Shown here: positions 56,599 to 64,000 of the stretch, in pieces
Numbering within the stretch: position 1 is the first letter of the stretch
Layout of the letters: each line of letters starts with the position of its first letter
IMG/VR virus record: IMGVR_UViG_3300042507_003741
Span: 1 to 64,000 of that record
DNA: 64,000 nucleotides
Direction: 5' to 3' (one strand)
Source: a virus
Position numbers and translations under genes: made by a program
The notes under the pieces: generated by a model
What the model saw: only the letters and a program-made list of their open reading frames with translations
What the model was told of the DNA's origin: nothing
Database searches by the model: none

Positions 56599-58041
56599 CT
56601 ACGGCTGCACGGCCGTCGGAGCGGCCTGCAACTTGCGTGACATGCGATTGCGGACCTGCTCCAACTCGCCAAGCGACCCCCGCTCGGCAAGGTCATCATG
56701 TGCCTGCTGCTGCGCTGTAGATAGCCGCTCGTTTTCGCCAAGTGCGCGATGCAACTCGGCGCCCGCCCGACGGCTGCGATCTACCTGCTCGGGCGACTTG
56801 TAATCAAAATCGACGCCCGGCTTGCCGCCGCCAGCCGCATACTGGCGCCACGAGCGGCCCGGCTCGCCGCCTAAAGCCCCCTGCATTCCTGCGTCAAACG
56901 CCCACTCCTGGCCGGCGTCTCTGGCAAGCGCGGCCGACACAGCCGGCACTGCCGCACGGCCAGCCTTCGCCAGCACCCCCGCGCCTCCAGCGAGCGTGAG
57001 TGCTGCACTGGGGTCAATCCAGCGAACCAGATTCTCGCCCGTGTCGGCCAGCCATCCAGGCGGAGCGTAGCCTGTCGTGCGATACCACCGCTCCGATGCC
57101 ATCGGCGTATTGGAGTCGTAGACTTGGTTCTGGAGTTCGGCAATTCTGCGGCTGATGTCGCCAGACGAGGGCCGCGATCCGACCGGGAAGTCTGCAACGC
57201 GGGAGGGCATGGTCGTCCTGTAGTGCTGCGTGGCTGCGTGTCGAGCGCGAGCCCTGTCCCATGCCTCTTGGTCTTGGAACGCCCGAGCAATCGGCAGCGC
57301 CCATCGGACGTGCGCAGGAGCAAGGGCGTCTGCCTTGCTGGAGTCCGCCGGCACACCGGCCTCGCCACCTGCTGAAGTGAGAATCGCTTCGGCCGGGATT
57401 TCTGCCCAAGTAAAATACGATCCAGTGGGCGTCTCTGGGTCCGCCACAGCATTCAGCAGGGCATTCTGCCAGCCGCCCCAGCGTTGATACCCGCCCTGCG
57501 GCACGGAGAGCGGCTCCCCGTACACCCCTCCAGACCGAGCCAGCCGTTCGCCGGAGTTGCTGTCGTAGAAGCGAATCGCGTTCGCATCCAGCATCCTGCG
57601 TGGCGTCCGCATCCGCTGCGACTGCTCTTGCGACTCCAGTTCGCTCCCCAAGAAGTCCAGGTCGCGGCCGAAGTCCTGCATGTATTGCTGGGAGCGAGGG
57701 TCCAGCAGGTGCATGGACGCAGCACGCCGCTGCCGCACTTCTTGCGGCGACTTGCCTTCTGCGGCGTACTCCGCCCTCGCCGACTCGCGCGCCTCTGGAT
57801 TTTCCCACGCACTCAACTCGCCGCCGTCATTTCCAACGGCAGTCCGCATCTGGGCCTGCATGTTGATGCGATCAATGGCCTCCTGGAGCGTGCGGTGCGG
57901 GGCAATTCCGTGCCGCCTGTAAATCTCCCCGCGAATGGCATCCGCCCGCTCCATGCCCAACGCACCCGGCTGGGCGGCAGGGTTGGGCTTGGGGCGTGAG
58001 GCGAAGATCGCGTCGATGCCCGCCTCGTTCAGTCCAGCCAT
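56599..58041 (-). CDS. Hypothetical (virion-associated) protein
   Basis: 480 aa; AAGGAG RBS. Confidence 0.6.
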   Translation of the reverse strand: MAGLNEAGIDAIFASRPKPNPAAQPGALGMERADAIRGEIYRRHGIAPHRTLQEAIDRINMQAQMRTAVGNDGGELSAWENPEARESARAEYAAEGKSPQEVRQRRAASMHLLDPRSQQYMQDFGRDLDFLGSELESQEQSQRMRTPRRMLDANAIRFYDSNSGERLARSGGVYGEPLSVPQGGYQRWGGWQNALLNAVADPETPTGSYFTWAEIPAEAILTSAGGEAGVPADSSKADALAPAHVRWALPIARAFQDQEAWDRARARHAATQHYRTTMPSRVADFPVGSRPSSGDISRRIAELQNQVYDSNTPMASERWYRTTGYAPPGWLADTGENLVRWIDPSAALTLAGGAGVLAKAGRAAVPAVSAALARDAGQEWAFDAGMQGALGGEPGRSWRQYAAGGGKPGVDFDYKSPEQVDRSRRAGAELHRALGENERLSTAQQQAHDDLAERGSLGELEQVRNRMSRKLQAAPTAVQP

Positions 58042-58042
58042 A

Positions 58043-58699
58043 TCACCGTGTCTCCTTCAAGCCAGAAAGCACGCCGGGCTGCTGCTGTTGGGCGGCTCCA
58101 GCCCCGATCAGTGCAGGCACGGCCATGATGCGAACCGCATTCCGCAAGTGATGGTCGGGGAGGACAAACTCCCGGTCGTGATTGCGGGAACTTCCAGAGA
58201 ACGGCGTGTTGCGGACGTTGTATTGCGGCAACTCGTCGGCAGGCACGTCGATTCGGTAGATCGGCGCCTCCAGGTCGTTGTCGCCCACGTAGTAGTCCAG
58301 TTCGTGCGGGGCGTCTGTTGCCCACCGCCCTGCTGCGCCGGGCGGGTTGGGATCGAACTGATCCTGCATGGCATAGTCCCGCGAGCGCTTCCACTCGGCA
58401 TACGGAACCTGCTGGCCCCACATGTTCACCGTTTCCGGCGGCTTGTAGTTGAGCGCGGTTTCGCCAACGCGATAGGTCCGCACGTAGCCCTCTGAGGGAG
58501 GCTCGGCGGCACCGATGCGGCGAGTCAGTTCATCGAACCGCTGCTGGTGCAGGGGGTTCCCTTTGTGGTATCCGCCCACAGATCGAGGCGGGGCAGGAAC
58601 GGGTGCGGGCGGGGCTGGAGCGCGGACTTGCTCCGCCAACTCCGCCACCTTAGAGGCCCGCCCCAGACGGGCGGCAGCGAGCGCAGCGGGTGTTGCCAT
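58043..58699 (-). CDS. Hypothetical protein
   Basis: First gene after putative late promoter. Confidence 0.6.
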   Translation of the reverse strand: MATPAALAAARLGRASKVAELAEQVRAPAPPAPVPAPPRSVGGYHKGNPLHQQRFDELTRRIGAAEPPSEGYVRTYRVGETALNYKPPETVNMWGQQVPYAEWKRSRDYAMQDQFDPNPPGAAGRWATDAPHELDYYVGDNDLEAPIYRIDVPADELPQYNVRNTPFSGSSRNHDREFVLPDHHLRNAVRIMAVPALIGAGAAQQQQPGVLSGLKETR

Positions 58700-58713
58700 A
58701 GAAATCCCTCACG

Positions 58714-58727
58714 GGATTTATGGCCGC
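58714..58727 (-). promoter_or_regulatory. Putative late promoter motif GCGGCCATAAATCC
   Basis: Intergenic; heads the head-gene block. Confidence 0.55.
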
Positions 58728-58871
58728 CTACTTCGCCAACAGGTACAAACCCACGTTGGAGAAGGCGTACCCCAAGTAGGCGACCCCCATGCCGGGATTG
58801 CCCCGCCAGAACTGCTCGGCGGAGACGTAGGCGTAGATCAGCCCCGTCAGTGCTATCAGCCATCCGCTCAT
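58728..58871 (-). CDS. Small two-TM protein (47 aa, MSGWLIALTGLIYAYV...)
   Basis: Translated by hand; hydrophobic; below ORF-track cutoff. Confidence 0.6.
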   Translation of the reverse strand: MSGWLIALTGLIYAYVSAEQFWRGNPGMGVAYLGYAFSNVGLYLLAK

Positions 58872-58968
58872 TCGTCGTACGGGTAACCGTCCTCCGGGTC
58901 TTCGGTGTACGGGCCGGGCTCCGCGTCCTCATGGAACCAGGGGCGTACGTCGGGGTAGGTGGCTTGTG

Positions 58969-59295
58969 TCACTTTTCGACAGTTTCCGTGCCATCGCTCG
59001 GCGGGGCCGGGAGCGGCATCCAGTTAGTGATCCCGAATGAATCCACATCGTCATCGTCCATGCCGCAGAACCGCCACATCACCCCGTCATGCGATGCCAT
59101 CTGAGCAAGGCGAATGTCTTTCGGAAACGCTCTTGTGACAGCCAAGACGGCGGCATGCACTTCCGGCAGCCGCTCCGTCACCGGAATCCAGCGCGGCACT
59201 TGCTCCTCCAACTCTTCGATCTCGGCGTGCATCCTCCGCTCCTCTGGCGTGCAGTCGCAGTTCATGGGCTTCTGGTCGCAGATCGGGCAATACAT
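58969..59295 (-). CDS. DUF551-like protein
   Basis: RWIPVTERLP...ITNWMPLPAPP; GAGGAG RBS. Confidence 0.8.
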   Translation of the reverse strand: MYCPICDQKPMNCDCTPEERRMHAEIEELEEQVPRWIPVTERLPEVHAAVLAVTRAFPKDIRLAQMASHDGVMWRFCGMDDDDVDSFGITNWMPLPAPPSDGTETVEK

Positions 59296-59315
59296 CCTAC
59301 TTCTCCTCTACGCTC

Positions 59316-59364
59316 ACAGAACCAAGCGATGCAGCGGACGAGACGCTGATCGCCAGCGTTCTCA
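59316..59364 (+). other. attC-like recombination site 1
   Basis: ACAGAAC-CAAGC-GATGCAGC-GGACGAGAC-GCTGATC-GCCAGC-GTTCTCA. Confidence 0.8.
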
Positions 59365-59592
59365 CTCATCGACACTAACTGCGGCGCCTTCAACGGTCGG
59401 CTCATTGAGTTCATAGGCCGGAACATCAGCCTCCACCCACCGAATCTGTTTGTCGCCGTCGTTTCCTTCCATGCACTCATACGCAATGTTGGCGGCTTCG
59501 CGACCAGCGTTCTGCCAGCCGTTTGCGGAATAATTGCCATCCTCCGACACGCACACCGCTATGCGAACCCGAATCGTTTTTGCTTCGCTCAT
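59362..59592 (-). CDS. Cassette-borne hypothetical protein (MSEAKTIRVRIAV...)
   Basis: AGGAG RBS; stop abuts GTT of site 1. Confidence 0.7.
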   Translation of the reverse strand: MSEAKTIRVRIAVCVSEDGNYSANGWQNAGREAANIAYECMEGNDGDKQIRWVEADVPAYELNEPTVEGAAVSVDE

Positions 59593-59611
59593 TGCCTGTC
59601 TCCTGTTCTTG

Positions 59612-59660
59612 TGAGAACCACGCGATGCAGCGGACGAGCCGCTGATCGCTGGCGTTATGC
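59612..59660 (+). other. attC-like recombination site 2
   Basis: TGAGAAC-CACGC-GATGCAGC-GGACGAGCC-GCTGATC-GCTGGC-GTTATGC. Confidence 0.85.
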
Positions 59661-59924
59661 GGTCGGGTACTTCTTCTGAAACTGCTCGTACGTCATCGCG
59701 TCCCCTTGGCCGCCGACGCCTGTTGCGATGAATGACCCGCGCGATACCCGGATGGATTTCACGCCCTTCAACTTCTTCCGGCCGGTGAACTCGCGGTATC
59801 TGATTGCTGACCAGCCCTTGCCTTGGCAGTGGATGCAGACCACAGCCTCCCCTTCGCCTTCGCACATGCCGCGATACAGGCCCGCCCCATGGCATTCGTC
59901 GCACTCACACTTGATGTCTGGCAT
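59655..59924 (-). CDS. Cassette-borne DnaJ-type zinc-finger protein
   Basis: CDECHGAG and CIHCQGKG; AGGAGG RBS. Confidence 0.75.
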   Translation of the reverse strand: MPDIKCECDECHGAGLYRGMCEGEGEAVVCIHCQGKGWSAIRYREFTGRKKLKGVKSIRVSRGSFIATGVGGQGDAMTYEQFQKKYPTA

Positions 59925-59943
59925 TTGTCCTCCTGAGTCAACC

Positions 59944-59999
59944 GCATAACCAGCGGATGAAGCGGACGGCGGGGCCGCCGCTGATCCTGCGTGTTCTCA
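59944..59999 (+). other. attC-like recombination site 3
   Basis: GCATAAC-CAGCG-GATGAAGC-16 nt-GCTGATC-CTGCGT-GTTCTCA. Confidence 0.8.
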
Positions 60000-60269
60000 G
60001 CCCAGCCGTTGCAGTATCGATTCAACAGCCACCCTATGCGGCTCATACATGATCGTCGGAAGCATCCGACGGAGCGCCTCCCGCTCCGCGTCGGTGAGCG
60101 TGGGCTGCGGCTCGCGGTAGAGCGACTGCACTGCCATGTCGCCCGCAGCAACCATCTCTGCGTCAGGCCGGTGCAGAAAAAAGTCCGCGTGGTCAGTCCA
60201 CTCAACCATCCACGCCACCGGCTGAGAACCACGCGATGCAGCGGACATATCATCTACCTCGTCTGCCAT
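59997..60269 (-). CDS. Cassette-borne protein with PTLTDAEREAL module
   Basis: AGGAG RBS and ATG lie inside site 4. Confidence 0.7.
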   Translation of the reverse strand: MADEVDDMSAASRGSQPVAWMVEWTDHADFFLHRPDAEMVAAGDMAVQSLYREPQPTLTDAEREALRRMLPTIMYEPHRVAVESILQRLG

Positions 60270-60311
60270 GGTTGCTCCTGTGTTCGATGCCGCTGATCGC
60301 TGGCGTTCTAA
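60223..60311 (+). other. attC-like recombination site 4
   Basis: TGAGAAC-CACGC-GATGCAGC-49 nt-GCTGATC-GCTGGC-GTTCTAA. Confidence 0.8.
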
Positions 60312-60541
60312 TTGGTCCGCTCAAGCAGGCCGTCGATCACGGCGGCGACCTCCACACTGTCGGCAAACCGCCCCGCGAAGTAGTCTTCTCGCACTCGCCG
60401 CAGCACCTTCCTCAGCGACTCCCGCTCCTCGTCGGTGGGCCGCAGGCGTGCGACCTCCGCCTCTAACTGCTGCACTCGCTCCATCGCCTGGATTAGTGCA
60501 TCCAGATCGTCAGGCATCATCGGCGGCACAAGATCACTCAT
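60308..60541 (-). CDS. Hypothetical protein with PTDEERE...GLLERT module
   Basis: AAGGAG RBS; stop abuts GTT of site 4. Confidence 0.7.
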   Translation of the reverse strand: MSDLVPPMMPDDLDALIQAMERVQQLEAEVARLRPTDEERESLRKVLRRVREDYFAGRFADSVEVAAVIDGLLERTN

Positions 60542-60571
60542 GTCTGTCTCCTTTACGTTGAAATCACGCAA

Positions 60572-60802
60572 TCACTTCCTGTCGATCACCTTGCGTAGCG
60601 TGTCGGCATCCCGTCGCCGCTCGTCCCCCAGTTGCTCAAGCCTCTCGCGCAGAATGGAGTTCACGCCGCGCAGCCGCCATATCTCGTCTACCAGCGGATC
60701 GGCGCCGGTAGCCCAATGCAGCAGCCACGCCGATCCAATGAACGACGCCGGGATGAGTACGGCCAAGGAGAACCACGCATACCAAGGCATTTCGTTAGGC
60801 AT
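60572..60802 (-). CDS. Small membrane/coiled-coil protein (second copy)
   Basis: Near-identical to 1-230. Confidence 0.7.
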   Translation of the reverse strand: MPNEMPWYAWFSLAVLIPASFIGSAWLLHWATGADPLVDEIWRLRGVNSILRERLEQLGDERRRDADTLRKVIDRK

Positions 60803-61523
60803 TTGTTGTCCTCTCCAGAAGGCCGTCCAGCACCGCCGCTATCTCGTCGCACGCCACATCGCCAACGTCGGCGTAGGCGTCGCGTACTTCACGCAGGACG
60901 AATCGCTCCGCGTCGGTCAGCGTGAACGGCGTCAGCGAGCAGTGAAGCGTAGTGCGGCCAACAACGTGGGGGCAGGTCTGCGGGGTGCGGTAGAGCGGGA
61001 CGACCTCCCCGTCGTTTTCGTCCGCTGCCGCGTCGGCGTGTTCGCGGTGCAGCGAAACCATCTGCCATTCGTCGGAGTGTGCCAGCCACGCCACCGGATC
61101 CTGTGTATTGTGCCCCCGCCCACCCGCCGCCTCGCCGGTGCCGGGCCGCGTAACGTCTAGGGGCCGCCCCTCGCCGCTTCCATCGCTGGAGGCCGGTGGC
61201 TGCGCTATCGCAGGCGAGGAGCCATCTGTCTCCACGCATGGTGGAGCAGTCTGATTGCCGGTGCCCAACACGGGTCGCGTCACGGGTTTATCAGTCCCGC
61301 CGCTGCCGCGTCCTTCAGACGCATGAACGCCTGTTGGCAACTGGACTCTCGCCGCCGGCGCGGCGTCATGTTCGGTTCGCTCCCGCTCGCGGAGCATGGC
61401 GTCGGCCCAGCGGTAGGCAGCCGTGAGTAGGTGTTCCCACTGCAATGCAGTTGGGTACTGATTGGCCTCGTCTGACAGCAGCCCGGTCAGGGCCGCAGCG
61501 GCGAAGTGGTCACGGTCTGTCAT
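60795..61523 (-). CDS. Mosaic hypothetical protein (RDHFAAAALTGLL N-terminus; TLTDAER...GLLERT C-terminus)
   Basis: GAGGAGG RBS; shared module. Confidence 0.65.
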   Translation of the reverse strand: MTDRDHFAAAALTGLLSDEANQYPTALQWEHLLTAAYRWADAMLRERERTEHDAAPAARVQLPTGVHASEGRGSGGTDKPVTRPVLGTGNQTAPPCVETDGSSPAIAQPPASSDGSGEGRPLDVTRPGTGEAAGGRGHNTQDPVAWLAHSDEWQMVSLHREHADAAADENDGEVVPLYRTPQTCPHVVGRTTLHCSLTPFTLTDAERFVLREVRDAYADVGDVACDEIAAVLDGLLERTTNA

Positions 61524-61747
61524 GTCTTGTCCTCCTCGTTGGCCCACAGCATTGCGGCCTTCTCGTCCCAGCAGTCAGCCCGTCCCATGTCGAACCAGTG
61601 CGGGAAATGTCGCAGCACAGCCCGCGCCTCTTGGCGAACCTCCGTGCGGATCCCCTTGATGCCGCCCTCCACATAGACGTTGGAGAGCCGCACCAGGAAG
61701 TCGCGGGCACGGAGGACCGCTAGCGTTCGTTCACACGGGAGGGTCAT
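61520..61747 (-). CDS. BPSL0761-like small protein
   Basis: MTLPCERTLAV..AR.FL..VRQEARAVLRHFP. Confidence 0.65.
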   Translation of the reverse strand: MTLPCERTLAVLRARDFLVRLSNVYVEGGIKGIRTEVRQEARAVLRHFPHWFDMGRADCWDEKAAMLWANEEDKT

Positions 61748-62022
61748 GGCCACCTCGGGTACAGGAGGCAACCTTCATTGGCGTAGCCGTTCATCACTTC
61801 GATGGCGGAGATCCGCGGGAACTCCTTGGCCATCTCCTTGGCAATGTCCTCGCCAGGCAGCATGTCCAGCCGCTGGCGGTGGGCTGCCACCCAGGCTTGC
61901 ATCTTGGCCATGTCATCGCCGTGCGTCGGGCCATGCTCTTTCCTCTCAACCCAGGTCCGAATGACATGGTTGAAGGTGCGGAACTTTAGGATGTTTTCCC
62001 AGATCACTTGTTTGCCAAACAT
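61744..62022 (-). CDS. Hypothetical protein
   Basis: Coupled overlap. Confidence 0.6.
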   Translation of the reverse strand: MFGKQVIWENILKFRTFNHVIRTWVERKEHGPTHGDDMAKMQAWVAAHRQRLDMLPGEDIAKEMAKEFPRISAIEVMNGYANEGCLLYPRWP

Positions 62023-62028
62023 TACATC

Positions 62029-62670
62029 TCACCCCATGTGCTTACGAGTTTTTGCTGGAGCCTTTGCAGCTCGGCCTCCAGCGTCCGGATGCGTCTTCGC
62101 AACGTATCGTTCTCTCTCTTCAGTCTCTCCTCCTCCTGCAAGGAAGGCTTCGGTTGGTCCATCTACTAGGTCCAGATAGGCGTGCGGGTACAAGAGGTTG
62201 ATCAACGAATCGGCCGTACGGAGGTGCGCTTTCGGGGCGACGAGGACCGGCACCTCATGCCCACGGCCGCGGTCAAACGTAACGGCCTCTGTCCAGCTCT
62301 CGTCACGGTCCAGGATGGTGAGCCACACCCACTTGCCAGTGGGCTTCGACAGGTACACGTAGATGAGGTTCTGCGTGGACTCCATCTCAAGGCCGCGCAG
62401 GTCATCGACAAAAACCGTGTCGTAGGGATAGGACTCCGGATCATCGAACGACAGGCTCCGCTCCTTGATCTCAATGGAGAACAGCCCAAGGGCGTCAGGG
62501 GTTTCAACATGTCCAGTTTTCCTGCAATGCTGTTTGACAACTATCTTCTTGCCGTGAGCGACCGACCGTCCGCTGGTCCGCATCGCCTCCACCCATTTGC
62601 GTTCGGCCGCCTGGCCTTTAACGAGTGCCGACTGGAATGAACGCATAGTCGTTCCAAAAGGAGTAGACAT
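62029..62670 (-). CDS. PD-(D/E)XK-like protein; start uncertain
   Basis: GQAAE..TPD..IEIK. Confidence 0.5.
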   Translation of the reverse strand: MSTPFGTTMRSFQSALVKGQAAERKWVEAMRTSGRSVAHGKKIVVKQHCRKTGHVETPDALGLFSIEIKERSLSFDDPESYPYDTVFVDDLRGLEMESTQNLIYVYLSKPTGKWVWLTILDRDESWTEAVTFDRGRGHEVPVLVAPKAHLRTADSLINLLYPHAYLDLVDGPTEAFLAGGGETEERERYVAKTHPDAGGRAAKAPAKTRKHMG

Positions 62671-63136
62671 GCATGGCAACCGGCACGCGCGGCTGACCAA
62701 CCATGCAGCCCTGGATCACACCCGCAGCCCGCAGCTCCGCCGCGCGCTTGTACAACTCCTCCGGGGGCACATCGTCTCGCTGGAGCCCGCATTCCAGGAA
62801 CTCCAGGCGTTCCGGGATGGGCTCGTTCGCCTTTATCTCATCCGCGTTGTCGCGGACGGCCTTGGCCCAACGATTCGACCGGGAGAAAATCTCTGCGATG
62901 TCGGCGTCATCCAAGCCCCAGTCACGCATGACCACCAGGGCCAGACGCTCGGGCGACGGCATGTAAGTCAGCCGCTTCAGCAGCCGCACCGCACCCTGGG
63001 TCTGCGGGCCCAGCAGACCCAGGATCCTGGCCACGTAGGACGCCGGCTGGCCGTTCACCAGACACCGACGCTTCAGCTCGGGGGCGTGAGCCAAAGCATG
63101 CCGCAATACGACGCCACAGTCTGCGAAACCAACCAT
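62618..63136 (-). CDS. Putative HTH protein
   Basis: WGLDDADIAEIFSRS; AGGAGAGG RBS before MVGFADC. Confidence 0.5.
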   Translation of the reverse strand: MVGFADCGVVLRHALAHAPELKRRCLVNGQPASYVARILGLLGPQTQGAVRLLKRLTYMPSPERLALVVMRDWGLDDADIAEIFSRSNRWAKAVRDNADEIKANEPIPERLEFLECGLQRDDVPPEELYKRAAELRAAGVIQGCMVGQPRVPVAMHVYSFWNDYAFIPVGTR

Positions 63137-63228
63137 CTTTCCTCTCCTCCTTGATGAAAGTTGTGGGGAAAACGTGATCCACATCGAAGTAATCCAAGAC
63201 CTCCTGGAGCGTGTCATCCAGGAGAACG

Positions 63229-64000
63229 TCAGGCCGTTTGCTTGCCATGTCTCCTATCCCTCTCCTTGCGAAACAGACTGCTCACCCAACCTTTGGTGTT
63301 CACTGCGGCCCACCGCAGATACCAATCAGGCAACGTGTTGAGCGTGCGGCCGGCGAACTTGCCTTTCAGCGGGTTCACATACGTTCCGACGCACCGCTTG
63401 CCCGAGCCGATCTGCACCTCCTCGGAGAACAGACGGCCCGTCGCTTGGCCCTGCATCCGCTTGCGGCGGGCTTCGATGTCCTGGGCAATCAGCCGGCGCT
63501 CCAGTTCCTGCTGGGCCAGGGCGTCGATCTGCTCCTGGGTCAGCGGCTCGGCGGCTTGAGCGGCAGCCTTCTTGATGACCTGGCGCACTTCCTTGTCGGC
63601 CGTGCAGAACATGTCCACGGCTGTGACGAGTCGGTGGTCCAGGCTTGCATCAGTGCAATCGACAATCTTGAAACGTGGCTTTCCAGATCCTGCGATCCGT
63701 GCAATACGGCCGGATGGATCCGAGCCTTCGTAGTCCACAACTCCGGGGAGAGGACGAGTGGCTCGTCCCACGCATTGCAACCAGAAAGATCGGGACTTTG
63801 TGGGCCTTCCGAGGATGAGGGTGGCGGTCGGCGGATGATCGAAGCCAACGGCCACAACTTGGCAATTGACAAGAACCTTCGCCTCTCCAGTCTTAAATCG
63901 CCGGATAGCATCTTGCCGTTCCTCCTCGGGCTGGGTGCCGTACACATAGACCGCAGGGATGCCGTAGTTGTTGGTCAGGTAGTGGCAGACACCCTTGGCC
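63229..64000 (-). CDS. Superfamily II helicase, C-terminal part (runs off window)
   Basis: VLVNCQV..GFDHP, RPTKS, QCVGRATRPLPG, GKFAG..LPDWYLRW; homologous to 24382-25905. Confidence 0.85.
   Translation of the reverse strand, partial: AKGVCHYLTNNYGIPAVYVYGTQPEEERQDAIRRFKTGEAKVLVNCQVVAVGFDHPPTATLILGRPTKSRSFWLQCVGRATRPLPGVVDYEGSDPSGRIARIAGSGKPRFKIVDCTDASLDHRLVTAVDMFCTADKEVRQVIKKAAAQAAEPLTQEQIDALAQQELERRLIAQDIEARRKRMQGQATGRLFSEEVQIGSGKRCVGTYVNPLKGKFAGRTLNTLPDWYLRWAAVNTKGWVSSLFRKERDRRHGKQTA

Larger units (their letters stand above)
1..60572. mobile_element. Probable complete tailed bacteriophage genome (podovirus-like gene set), circularly permuted
   Basis: Terminase, portal, capsid, scaffold, tail and recombination genes; no host housekeeping genes; nt 1-127 repeated exactly at 60573-60699. 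Confidence 0.85.

Noticed and set aside
28785-58700. Long + strand ORFs (for example 34375-36255, 42997-44520, 53300-55465)
   Set aside because: Antisense shadows of coupled - strand genes in GC-rich DNA; no motifs or RBS support.
60767-60800. Possible fifth attC (GAGAACCACGC...GTTAGGC)
   Set aside because: No L''/L' boxes, only about 34 nt, lies within a CDS, and the copy near 195-228 reads AAAAC; at best a remnant.
1-64000. tRNA/rRNA genes, reverse transcriptase/DGR, retron
   Set aside because: No cloverleaf, rRNA-like sequence, YxDD reverse transcriptase or TR/VR pair was noticed by eye; a covariance scan would be needed to exclude them fully.

Overview
The window reads as an essentially complete, GC-rich tailed-phage genome of about 60.57 kb (positions 1-60572), plus about 3.3 kb that probably belongs to a related second phage. 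Evidence: nt 1-127 recur exactly at 60573-60699, the copies then diverge, and a second SF2 helicase appears at the far end. Organisation: (i) a + strand accessory/early block (2.5-15.4 kb) with small ORFs, amidoligase plus class II glutamine amidotransferase, a LexA-like HTH, MoxR AAA plus peptidase/vWA and a serine recombinase; (ii) a - strand arm with a sigma-70-family factor, membrane/lysis-like genes and a papain-like peptidase, nucleotide hydrolases, HNH/resolvase, helicase, ERF and a RecE-like nuclease; (iii) a tyrosine recombinase, large virion proteins, podovirus-like tail proteins, portal, terminase, capsid and scaffold. Most notable non-coding signals: (1) four integron-type attC sites at 59316-60311 with reciprocal cassette-boundary complementarity, bracketing phage genes that run opposite to the attC orientation, with no IntI in the window; (2) ten copies of CCGCTGCGGAGTCTG in the + strand block, mostly just after a stop codon and followed by an RNA hairpin and RBS; (3) a probable late-promoter motif GCGG..CATAAATC (x3); (4) a structured RNA candidate at about 23.7-23.95 kb. 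All protein calls come from motif recognition by eye, not database searches.
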